This document shows positions 19,857 to 28,361 of a DNA stretch of 64,000 nt, piece by piece. Position 1 is the stretch's first letter. Each line of letters begins with the position of its first letter. Source of the DNA: an uncultured Pseudomonadota bacterium (GTDB taxonomy: Bacteria; Pseudomonadota; Alphaproteobacteria; Rs-D84); contig OOHL01000003.1 in assembly GCA_900321105.1 (NCBI GenBank), positions 17,516 through 81,515 on the forward strand, written 5' to 3'. The position numbers and the translations under genes are program-made. The notes under the pieces were generated by a model, which was not told the origin of the DNA, did not search any database, and was given only the letters and a program-made list of their open reading frames with translations.

Positions 19857-22355
19857 ATGAAAAAAGTATTGCATTTTGGGTTGGTTTTTGGATTGTTTGC
19901 GGCTTTTGTTGGTGCGACAGATTCTTTCGCTGCGACAAAAAAAAGTTCGTCAAAAAAACAATCTGCGATTCAAGTTGGAACCAAGGTTCGTGCCAAAGTC
20001 GAAGCGACAGGAATTTATGACGAAGAATGTTATAATAAATATTTTGGTTGTATGGATCAATTCTGTATCGCAGATAATGAAAACGGCGGAACATGTATGT
20101 GCAGTGATGATGCCGCAAAATACGATGAACAGCTGGAATCAATCAAAAAAACTTTAGCAGAAGCAGAACGTATAGGTACCGAAGAAGTTGAAAGAATTCA
20201 AGCTGGTGCAAATGCAGACATCATATTCAATGGTGGTGAACGTATTTATAACGATGATGGTTCTATTGTAAAGGCTGGTGAAAAGAAGAAAGATACAATT
20301 ACATGGTCTTCTATATACGATATGGAAGATGATGAAGAATATGATGACGAATGGGCAGATATTGATTTGTCTGACAAAGTCGGCAGGGAATTATACACAT
20401 CTGCACATCAATTATGCCGTGAACAAATGCCAGATTCTTGCAACAAAGATATGACGCTTTTGACGCAAATGTATTCGCGTCAAATCATTTCTGATTGCAA
20501 GGGGTTGGCAAATTCTATTGCACAAAAGAAACAGGAAGCAGATTCTATGTTAGCAAAAGCAAGAGCTGCGGTTCGTGGTGCATTAAAGGAAAGTTTCGAA
20601 GAATCTAATAAATATGATCGTGGAACATGTATGGTTGAATATAAACATTGTATGCAAAGTGCAGATGCTTGCGGTTCTGATTGGAGTAATTGTGTATTTA
20701 CAATAGCATCCGAGAATATGCAAAACAATGAGGCAACCAGTGTTGCTGGAACAAAAGTTAGTACAGTTAACATATATGATATTACAGCATCCACAATGGA
20801 AATATTAGAATCAAAACGTTTTATCTGTGAAAAAGTTTTAGACAGTTGTGTCGCGGTTCGTGACTATGTCTGGAACGATTTCTTGCGTGAAGCAGCACCA
20901 ACAATACGATTGGCAGAACAAAATGTAGAATCACAAAAACGTCAATCTTGTTTGTCTGATATTTCGAATTGTATCCAAAAGGCATGTAAAGATGATATAG
21001 CAGGTAAGGGCGTTGACACAATGGATGCGTGCCTTGCACGTCCAAGTATGGCACGTTCATTCTGCAAGATTCAAATTGAACCATGCGAAAGAATGGAACC
21101 ACAAATTTGGGATTATGTGGTAAGTAAATTGGCGGCAATGCGCGTTGATGCATGTACCGCGGAAGTAAAAGAATGTTTTACATCCGAAGACAGATGTGGC
21201 AAAGATTTTTCAAATTGTATTGGTATGGATTTCAATTATATACACGATATCTGTCCAATTGATAAATTGGTTGTATGTAAACAAGCAAACCCAGATTTCA
21301 AAATGTCAGATTTGGATTCTATGTTGATGGGATTATATTTGAACATAGATAACAAGGCTTTGGAAAATTGTCAAAATCTGGCTGAACAAAAAATGACAGA
21401 ATTATGTGGTTCGACAACTGATTGTAATTCGTTTGCCGCCGATGAATTTATCGGGACCAGTTCCGTTAAATCACAAAAAGACGGAACGACATATCGTGTG
21501 ACCGGTATGATATCTTTCGGTTCAATTAAAATGGGTGATGCCACAGGTTCTGTAACAGATGGTGGACGCGTTTTGGCACCTGGTGAAATCGGGGTCGCTG
21601 ATTATATCAAATCGGTAAAAGCTAAAAATGTAAATGTTCCAAATGCCGAAGCAATAATCACATCTATCGAAGAAGAATTGAATAATATTGCCGGTACAAT
21701 TAACAGGACTGTATCTTTCTTGGAATCAGATCAACAAATATCTTATTGTATCAATGGGCGTGATTTATCACAAATAAACGGCAAGGGTTCAGAAAATAAC
21801 GCAACGGTTGCGCGTTTCCCTAATTTATTGAATCAATATCGTGTTATGATTGGTATGGCCGCTTTACGTAAAGCACAAGACAATTATAATAAAAAAGTTA
21901 ATGATGCGATTGCTGATGCAACCAAAAATGCATCCGCAGACGTTGCACAATATATGTGTCAAAAAATTGCAGATTCCAGAACATCACGCAGTTCGGGAAA
22001 TGAAATTGTTGAACAGACACCTTTGACAACGCCGTTCTCTATATCATACGAAGTGGGGGCTGGTTTGAATACGGCGACATTATTAAAGGGTGGGTCTGGC
22101 ACATCAAATAACACAATGGCTGGTAAATTTAAAAACAGTGGTTATCTGGGCGGTTCATCAGCATCTGGTTTAGGTGGTGTTATGAAAGATGTGACGGCAA
22201 CATTTGATCGTGAATCAAGAAATTGTCATGTTTGCACAACATTAACCACACAATCTTGTAAAACAACGGGGTCAACATCTTGGTTCCATAACAGCAGAAA
22301 CCAATCTTGTGAGACTAAGACGGCAGACCCGTATTGTGAAGATATCAAAATGTAA
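19857..22355 (+). CDS. Cysteine-rich secreted/surface protein, paralogous family member (832 aa, about 36 Cys)
   Basis: Signal peptide ending in the typical motif ECYNKYFGCMDQFC......GGTCMCSD. Acidic patch DMEDDEEYDDEWADIDLSD. Has the CGSDWSNC, VRDYVWNDFL, CLARPSMARSFC, DRCGKDFSNCIGMD, ICPIDKL and SYCINGRDLSQ motifs. Terminus NCHVC...SCK...SCE...YCEDIKM. Confidence 0.85.
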   Translation: MKKVLHFGLVFGLFAAFVGATDSFAATKKSSSKKQSAIQVGTKVRAKVEATGIYDEECYNKYFGCMDQFCIADNENGGTCMCSDDAAKYDEQLESIKKTLAEAERIGTEEVERIQAGANADIIFNGGERIYNDDGSIVKAGEKKKDTITWSSIYDMEDDEEYDDEWADIDLSDKVGRELYTSAHQLCREQMPDSCNKDMTLLTQMYSRQIISDCKGLANSIAQKKQEADSMLAKARAAVRGALKESFEESNKYDRGTCMVEYKHCMQSADACGSDWSNCVFTIASENMQNNEATSVAGTKVSTVNIYDITASTMEILESKRFICEKVLDSCVAVRDYVWNDFLREAAPTIRLAEQNVESQKRQSCLSDISNCIQKACKDDIAGKGVDTMDACLARPSMARSFCKIQIEPCERMEPQIWDYVVSKLAAMRVDACTAEVKECFTSEDRCGKDFSNCIGMDFNYIHDICPIDKLVVCKQANPDFKMSDLDSMLMGLYLNIDNKALENCQNLAEQKMTELCGSTTDCNSFAADEFIGTSSVKSQKDGTTYRVTGMISFGSIKMGDATGSVTDGGRVLAPGEIGVADYIKSVKAKNVNVPNAEAIITSIEEELNNIAGTINRTVSFLESDQQISYCINGRDLSQINGKGSENNATVARFPNLLNQYRVMIGMAALRKAQDNYNKKVNDAIADATKNASADVAQYMCQKIADSRTSRSSGNEIVEQTPLTTPFSISYEVGAGLNTATLLKGGSGTSNNTMAGKFKNSGYLGGSSASGLGGVMKDVTATFDRESRNCHVCTTLTTQSCKTTGSTSWFHNSRNQSCETKTADPYCEDIKM

Positions 22356-22357
22356 AT

Positions 22358-22386
22358 TAAACCACCCAAATGGGTGGTTTTTTATT
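22358..22386 (+). terminator. Rho-independent terminator after the tandem cysteine-rich genes
   Basis: The hairpin aaccacccaaatgggtggtt is followed by a T-run. Confidence 0.7.
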
Positions 22387-22468
22387 GGTAATCGTTCCTA
22401 GATATTTTTATCTGTCCATTTGTTATAATTAAGGCATGGAAAACAAAATAACAAATGGAGAAAAAATC

Positions 22469-22822
22469 ATGAAAAAAATATCTGTGTTGGCATTGATTGC
22501 GTTTTTACCAATTTGTTCATCTTTTACAGCAAGTGCCAAAAATATGAACAACAATATGAATAATCAACCTGCTGTTTGGTCTGTGACTGAGGTTGTATCT
22601 TTACCAGATGATACACCGGTTGTAATGCGTGGTCGTATTACAAAAAATATGGGCAACAATATTTTTGTTTTTGAAGATGCGTCTGGAACAATTATGTTGG
22701 AAATAGACGAAGCAGATTGGAATGGAAACACCGTTCGTGTCGACGATATTGTGACTGTCTATGGCAGCGTTGACAAGGGTACTAACTATACCGAAGTTGA
22801 TGTTGATTCAATTGTAAAATAA
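22469..22822 (+). CDS. Periplasmic OB-fold protein of the BOF/YgiW family
   Basis: Signal peptide. The pattern TPVVMRGRITKNMGNNIFVFEDASGTIMLEIDEADWNGNTVRVDDIVTVYG is typical of YgiW/BOF proteins of about 115 aa. Confidence 0.65.
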   Translation: MKKISVLALIAFLPICSSFTASAKNMNNNMNNQPAVWSVTEVVSLPDDTPVVMRGRITKNMGNNIFVFEDASGTIMLEIDEADWNGNTVRVDDIVTVYGSVDKGTNYTEVDVDSIVK

Positions 22823-22848
22823 AATGCCCATTTGGGCATTTTTTTTAT
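22822..22848 (+). terminator. Rho-independent terminator
   Basis: The hairpin aaatgcccatttgggcattt is followed by T8. Confidence 0.7.
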
Positions 22849-22897
22849 TGCTTTGTTCTTTTTTTTATGTGTTTTTTGTGGTATAATTTATTCCATA

Positions 22898-23884
22898 ATG
22901 AAACTGATAAAATCTTTGTTTTCAATTGCTGTTATGTTGTGCACAATTCCATCATTTGCGAATTGGCAATCAAACGGTTATTACATAAATGACAGTTATT
23001 ACAGCGATGATGGTTCCCGATTTGTTGTTGGTTTGCGCGGCGGTGTATCTTTTGCCAGTGCAAAGATGAAAAATGATGTTGGTTCTTTAGATGCAGAATA
23101 TTGGGTCAGCACAACAACAGGTCAGGTTATATCAGATTTAAGATACGATTTAGCTGGTGGTGCAGAGACTTTGCCCGATTTTGTATACGCAGGTACCGGT
23201 AATATTGGAACATTACCAGTAAAGGAAAAATTTTCGAAAACAATATTTACAGCCGGTGCCAGTGTTGGGTTTACTGTGCCTAATTATTCCCAGTGGCGTC
23301 TAGAGGCCGGATATGATTATATTTCCGAAACTAATTATAACCAGGTACCATTGTTTGAAGGTGAAATGCAATTATCTGGTGGCGTTATTGGTGATGCGGT
23401 TGCGCATGTTTCAAGTACTGGTGCGACAGCAACGATTTCAACAGACATTATTTCTGTAATGGCTTATTATGATTTTTTTGAAGGCAATCAAAAGCAATTA
23501 AATACCTTGATTCCATACGTTGGATTTGGACTTGGTTATGCCAGTTCGCGTACCACATTAAAATTAGCAGATATATATGGTGATTTGACTTTGGATTCAG
23601 ATTTACAAAATTACGGGACGATTGAAAATGATGTCTTGCAATTTGAACCGCCGACCGATAAATCTAAATATCCAACTTCAAATAACATTGCTGTAATCGG
23701 CGCGTTGGGTGTTTCGTACGGGATAAGCGAATATACTTTCTTGGATTTTAGTGCACGTCTTATGTATGTCCCAACAATTAAATGGGAATTAACAAATTCA
23801 GATGGAACACAACATCGTGAATGGTTCAGTGCAGATAATATGTTATACACCAATTTGATGGTTGGTTTGCGTTTTGAATTTTAA
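22898..23884 (+). CDS. Outer-membrane beta-barrel protein (OMP/porin-like)
   Basis: Signal peptide MKLIKSLFSIAVMLCTIPSFA. Has alternating amphipathic strands and an aromatic-rich C-terminus ending GLRFEF (terminal Phe). Confidence 0.6.
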   Translation: MKLIKSLFSIAVMLCTIPSFANWQSNGYYINDSYYSDDGSRFVVGLRGGVSFASAKMKNDVGSLDAEYWVSTTTGQVISDLRYDLAGGAETLPDFVYAGTGNIGTLPVKEKFSKTIFTAGASVGFTVPNYSQWRLEAGYDYISETNYNQVPLFEGEMQLSGGVIGDAVAHVSSTGATATISTDIISVMAYYDFFEGNQKQLNTLIPYVGFGLGYASSRTTLKLADIYGDLTLDSDLQNYGTIENDVLQFEPPTDKSKYPTSNNIAVIGALGVSYGISEYTFLDFSARLMYVPTIKWELTNSDGTQHREWFSADNMLYTNLMVGLRFEF

Positions 23885-23885
23885 T

Positions 23886-24968
23886 TTACGGTTCATTAAA
23901 TAAACGTGCCGGATCAACAGATTTATCGCCACGGCGAACTTCCAAATACATTTCATTTCTGTTTTCACTCATGCGACCTATTGGTTCGCCAGCCAAAACT
24001 TCCTGGCCAACCATTGCATCAATAGAACCCATATTTGTCATAACTGTATTATACCCATTTTTATGTGACATAATTACAACCTTGCCAAAGCCGCGGAAAG
24101 AATCTGCAAATTTTATAACACCATCTGCGGGGGCCATAACCAATGCATCACCGCGCGTGCGTATGCGCCATCCGTCAGATTTTAAACCCAATGCAGTTTT
24201 TTCACCATATCTGACGACCAATTTTCCACGAACAGGAACATTTAACTTTCGTTTAGAAAATTTGGCATCATCCGACATTTTTGAAGAGCCAACCCCGGCG
24301 GACAATTCAGAAATATTTTTAGCACGCGCCGATAATTGTTTAAGTTTATCTTGCAATGCAATTTGTTGATTTTTTAATTTTTCATTTTGTGCACTGCGTG
24401 TTTTTAATAATTTATCCAATTCTTTTTTTTCAGATGTGTATTTTTTTGCACTGCGATCCAGTTTTTCTTTTTCAATAATGCGTTTGTCATGAATTTGATC
24501 CAGTTCTTTTAATTTTTGTGTGGCATCCATTATTTGTTCGTCAAATTTATCAGATGCCGCAGCCAATATAACCGAAGTCAAAACATAATCATGCATTGTA
24601 GAAACATCAAAATTTGGATTAGATGCAATAAATAATATACTGGATGTGGCATCTGTTATGCCGTCATAACTGTGTGCCAATTCAGCATTTATTTTATCGC
24701 GCTGTTTATCCAATTCGGCGATGCGTTTTGACAAGGCGCCACGTTGTTCTTCCAAATTGCTAACTTTATCAGCAGCCTTGACCAACTGTTTTTTTGTTTG
24801 TTCGACATCTTTAGATGATGTTTTTAATTGCTGTTCAATTTTTTTGTTTTGAATTTCTGTTTCTTTTATCTGGTTTTGTATTTTTGCTAATTCATTATTT
24901 GCACCAAATGCGGGCAGGGCAATACCGCACAAAAAAGAACCGTAAAAAAGAAATCTTGATTTATACAT
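23886..24968 (-). CDS. M23 family peptidase with an N-terminal coiled coil (EnvC-like murein hydrolase activator)
   Basis: Long coiled coil. The C-terminal LytM/M23 domain GYNTVMTNMGSID...GEPIG is present. Confidence 0.75.
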   Translation of the reverse strand: MYKSRFLFYGSFLCGIALPAFGANNELAKIQNQIKETEIQNKKIEQQLKTSSKDVEQTKKQLVKAADKVSNLEEQRGALSKRIAELDKQRDKINAELAHSYDGITDATSSILFIASNPNFDVSTMHDYVLTSVILAAASDKFDEQIMDATQKLKELDQIHDKRIIEKEKLDRSAKKYTSEKKELDKLLKTRSAQNEKLKNQQIALQDKLKQLSARAKNISELSAGVGSSKMSDDAKFSKRKLNVPVRGKLVVRYGEKTALGLKSDGWRIRTRGDALVMAPADGVIKFADSFRGFGKVVIMSHKNGYNTVMTNMGSIDAMVGQEVLAGEPIGRMSENRNEMYLEVRRGDKSVDPARLFNEP

Positions 24969-25003
24969 CACGCATATTTTACCAAAATGAAGAAAAAATG
25001 TAA

Positions 25004-25984
25004 ATGTTGGATTTTTTTGTAAAATCTGTTGACAAAACAAAAAATATGTCTATAATATATAGTATGAAAACAGAAATACAGGCTCCTCATGGACGTGAAA
25101 CATATATCGCCGATTTTGGCGATGGGCTTGTTATGAAACGTCCGTTACCGGAATTTTCACAGGTCGAAAAAGATAAATGGTTGGCAAAACAACATCGAAC
25201 CAAAGATGTTATTGATGAAATTAACGCGGTCAATAACCCTGTATATAGTATTCCTTATATGTTGCACATCAAGGATGATGAATATCAATTGTTGGAAGAA
25301 CGTGCACCAGGTGTACCTTTGACTTCGGATTTATATAAAAGTTTAACTGGTCGTCAACGTTATGAAATTGTAACAAGCCTTGCGCATTTTTTGGTTGATA
25401 TGAATGAATTAAAAACTGTCAAAGAAGAAACTGTGCACAGAATGTCCAACGAATTAAAAATGCAAAAATTGCAGAATATTATCGGCAATAAAATGCCAAA
25501 ATGGTTTGATTTGGGCAGTGTGAAATATGTATCAAAAGTAATAGAGCGCGTTCATGATTTTGAATACGTAACAAGAAAAGCATGGTCGCATTGTGATTTG
25601 AATTCGGGGAATGTTTTGTATGATGCAGAAGCAAGCAGGTTGTATTTGATTGATTTTGCCGAATCAGACTACAACTTTATCTTTCGTGACATTTTTTCAC
25701 CATTGGCTGTTGATTTAGATATTTGTGAACCAATATATGAAGAATATTTCAAATTACATGATGAAGACAAATATCTTATCTATAGTCCAAACAGCCCAGA
25801 ATTACAAAACATTATGAAGTATCGTAAGATAACTGTTTTATTAAAACGTTTCACAAAAGCAGGGGATGATTTAAGACTGAATCCACAATCTGAAAAAACA
25901 AAACAGAATAATATTGAAAAGATTGAGTTTATGAAAGATTTAATAGCAAGAATACGATATATTGAAAAACAATTAACAAAATAA
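25004..25984 (+). CDS. Phosphotransferase of the APH/choline-kinase-like family
   Basis: Brenner motif SHCDLNSGNVLYD (HxDxxxxN) is followed by LIDFAESD. The true start is possibly an internal Met (MSIIYSMK / MKTEIQ). Confidence 0.6.
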   Translation: MLDFFVKSVDKTKNMSIIYSMKTEIQAPHGRETYIADFGDGLVMKRPLPEFSQVEKDKWLAKQHRTKDVIDEINAVNNPVYSIPYMLHIKDDEYQLLEERAPGVPLTSDLYKSLTGRQRYEIVTSLAHFLVDMNELKTVKEETVHRMSNELKMQKLQNIIGNKMPKWFDLGSVKYVSKVIERVHDFEYVTRKAWSHCDLNSGNVLYDAEASRLYLIDFAESDYNFIFRDIFSPLAVDLDICEPIYEEYFKLHDEDKYLIYSPNSPELQNIMKYRKITVLLKRFTKAGDDLRLNPQSEKTKQNNIEKIEFMKDLIARIRYIEKQLTK

Positions 25985-26012
25985 AAAATGCCAAAATGGC
26001 ATTTTTTATTTT
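25984..26012. terminator. Bidirectional hairpin terminator between the kinase (+) and the Fic gene (-)
   Basis: aaaaatgccaaaatggcattttt forms a hairpin. Confidence 0.65.
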
Positions 26013-26806
26013 TAACGAATTTTTGATGTTTGTAATTGCTGTATTATTTTATTTTGTGAAGAATACATCGCGCCCATCATATATTTATAATATTTTTTTG
26101 TGTCGCCTTTGGCCATATCCATAAGAGAAGATGGGTATAATTCTTTGTCTGTTTTTCTGGTAAAAGCAATTGGTCTGTATCCTTGTTCCAATAACAACCA
26201 ATTCATAACCATTCTGGCGGTACGTTTGTTGTAATCATCGAAAGGTTGTAAAACTATCATTTTATAATGTGCATCAAATGCACGAATAACAGGGTGTTTG
26301 TTGGTGCATTTGGATTCATAAATGATATTTTCCAATGCGTTTTCTATTTCCATAGGTATATTTGTTTTTCTTATTACACCGGGACGAATAAAAGTGTCGT
26401 TTATTTTGATGTTGTGTTCATTGCATATTAAATAATGAATATTGCATACTTCTTGGAATGTTAATTCCGCCTTTTTTGTTGTTTGTTCAAGAATATAATC
26501 ATATGCCAATCCCAGACCACGTGTACAGCTGTGGTCAAAATAAGGTTTTTGTTCTTTTGTTGGCATAAAAAACAATGTTTTAGGTTCTGAAAAAGATATT
26601 TCTTGGCGTAACCAATCAAAATTATTCAAACGTCTAGTACAAGAACCTGATAGCATTTTTGATATCAAAGATTTGTTTTGTTCAATGCGCGCAATAAGCC
26701 CCGGGGATGTTTCCGGATGTTTTCTTAAAGAACGATGTTTTTTATTTTTGGTCATGGATGTGCACCTTGTTTTTATATAAAATAGCACAAAAAACAAGTT
26801 TGTCAA
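26012..26806 (-). CDS. Fic/Fido domain protein with a degenerate active-site motif
   Basis: Fido-like core. The segment VLQPFDDYNKRTARMV aligns to the Fic motif HPFx[DE]GNGRxxR, with His replaced by Gln and both Gly replaced (Y and K). Confidence 0.6.
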   Translation of the reverse strand: MTNLFFVLFYIKTRCTSMTKNKKHRSLRKHPETSPGLIARIEQNKSLISKMLSGSCTRRLNNFDWLRQEISFSEPKTLFFMPTKEQKPYFDHSCTRGLGLAYDYILEQTTKKAELTFQEVCNIHYLICNEHNIKINDTFIRPGVIRKTNIPMEIENALENIIYESKCTNKHPVIRAFDAHYKMIVLQPFDDYNKRTARMVMNWLLLEQGYRPIAFTRKTDKELYPSSLMDMAKGDTKKYYKYMMGAMYSSQNKIIQQLQTSKIR

Positions 26807-26894
26807 TCTTTTGTGGAAGAAAAAACAGTTAAAAATCGTGTTGCGCTGGATTCCTTTTTTTATTATGATTTCCCAAAAAGGAAAGGATATTCAG

Positions 26895-28346
26895 ATGAAA
26901 AAATTATTGTTGGTTTTGGCATTGATAACCCCATTTGTCTGTGATGCGGCACCAAAGAAAGAAAAAAAGGAAGAACCCGTTGTTCATTTGACTGATGAAC
27001 AAATATACGATGAATTAAAAAAATTAGCCTTGGTTTTTGAAACTGCGCGCGACAAATTTGTCGAAGAAGCCGATGAACGCAAAATGCTGGAAGGTGCGAT
27101 GAATGGAATGTTGGCGGCGTTGGATCCACATTCTTCGTATTTATCTGCGGACGATTTCAAAGAATTTAATGATAAATCACACGGTGAATTTGGTGGTCTG
27201 GGAATTCAGATAACCAGTGACAAGGGCGCCATCCGTGTAATTTCACCGATTGATGATACCCCTGCGGCCAAGGCAGGAATAGAGGCTGGTGATTATATTA
27301 CGCATATTGATGGTGAACAGGTTTTTGATATGAATTTGAATCAAGCCGTAAAAAAGATGAAAGGTAAACCTGGCACAACTGTAAAATTAACCGTTGTTCA
27401 TGATGGAAATGAACCGAAAGTGATGACACTTAAACGTGCCATTATCAAAGTCAAATCTATCAAGTTCAGTGAAAAATCAGATGCCGCGGCGATGGATGAT
27501 GAAAAATTGCCAAAGATAGGTTATTTGCGTGTTTCTGATTTTGGTGCGACAACAACAAAAGAATTAAAAGATGCAATCAAAGATTTAGAAAAGAAAAATG
27601 TTGCCGGATATGTTCTTGATTTGCGTAATAATCCTGGTGGCTATTTAACTGCTGCGGTGGATATGGCGGATGCCTTTTTGGATAGTGGTGAAATTGTATC
27701 AACGCGCGGCAAGGAAAAATCAGATATTGAACGTATGTTTGCGAAATCCGGGGATTTAATAAACGGAAAACCAATTGTTGTTTTGATAAATCATGGTTCA
27801 GCATCGGCATCTGAAATTGTTGCGGGCGCATTGCAAGATAATGGTCGTGCGATTGTTATGGGTTCGCAAAGTTTCGGCAAAGGATCTGTGCAACAACAAA
27901 AACCTTTGGGTGATGGTTCGGCGATACATATAACTATTGCGCGTTATTACACGCCAAGTGGTCGTTCAATTCAAAACGAAGGTATTACGCCAGATATAGA
28001 AGTTTTGCAGAGTAAGATTGAAACAATCGAAAAAAAAGAGGCGTTGTTTACCGAGGCTACATTTAACAATTCCTTGAAAAACGATGCGTCAGATAAAAAA
28101 GATAAATCGTCCAAGAAAAAAGATCCTAAAAAATCAAGTAAATCAGATGATGACGATGACGAAGATTATCTAAGTTTGTCTGATGAAGAAAAAGATGCGC
28201 GTGATTACCAATTGCAACGTGCAATGGATATGGTGCGCGCTTTGTCAAAGGTCGGAAAAAAGAATCTGGAAAAAGTTGAAGAAGTATCAGACGAAAAATC
28301 TGACGAGAAAAAATCAGACGAAAAAAAATCTGATTCAAAAAAATAA
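26895..28346 (+). CDS. ctpA: Carboxy-terminal processing protease (S41), with an unusual low-complexity C-terminal tail
   Basis: Signal peptide and a PDZ domain. Has the S41 motif GSASASEIVAG. The C-terminal 120 aa are K/D/E/S-rich, ending SDEKSDEKKSDEKKSDSKK. Confidence 0.88.
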   Translation: MKKLLLVLALITPFVCDAAPKKEKKEEPVVHLTDEQIYDELKKLALVFETARDKFVEEADERKMLEGAMNGMLAALDPHSSYLSADDFKEFNDKSHGEFGGLGIQITSDKGAIRVISPIDDTPAAKAGIEAGDYITHIDGEQVFDMNLNQAVKKMKGKPGTTVKLTVVHDGNEPKVMTLKRAIIKVKSIKFSEKSDAAAMDDEKLPKIGYLRVSDFGATTTKELKDAIKDLEKKNVAGYVLDLRNNPGGYLTAAVDMADAFLDSGEIVSTRGKEKSDIERMFAKSGDLINGKPIVVLINHGSASASEIVAGALQDNGRAIVMGSQSFGKGSVQQQKPLGDGSAIHITIARYYTPSGRSIQNEGITPDIEVLQSKIETIEKKEALFTEATFNNSLKNDASDKKDKSSKKKDPKKSSKSDDDDDEDYLSLSDEEKDARDYQLQRAMDMVRALSKVGKKNLEKVEEVSDEKSDEKKSDEKKSDSKK

Positions 28347-28361
28347 ACTGGCGGGGAAAAG

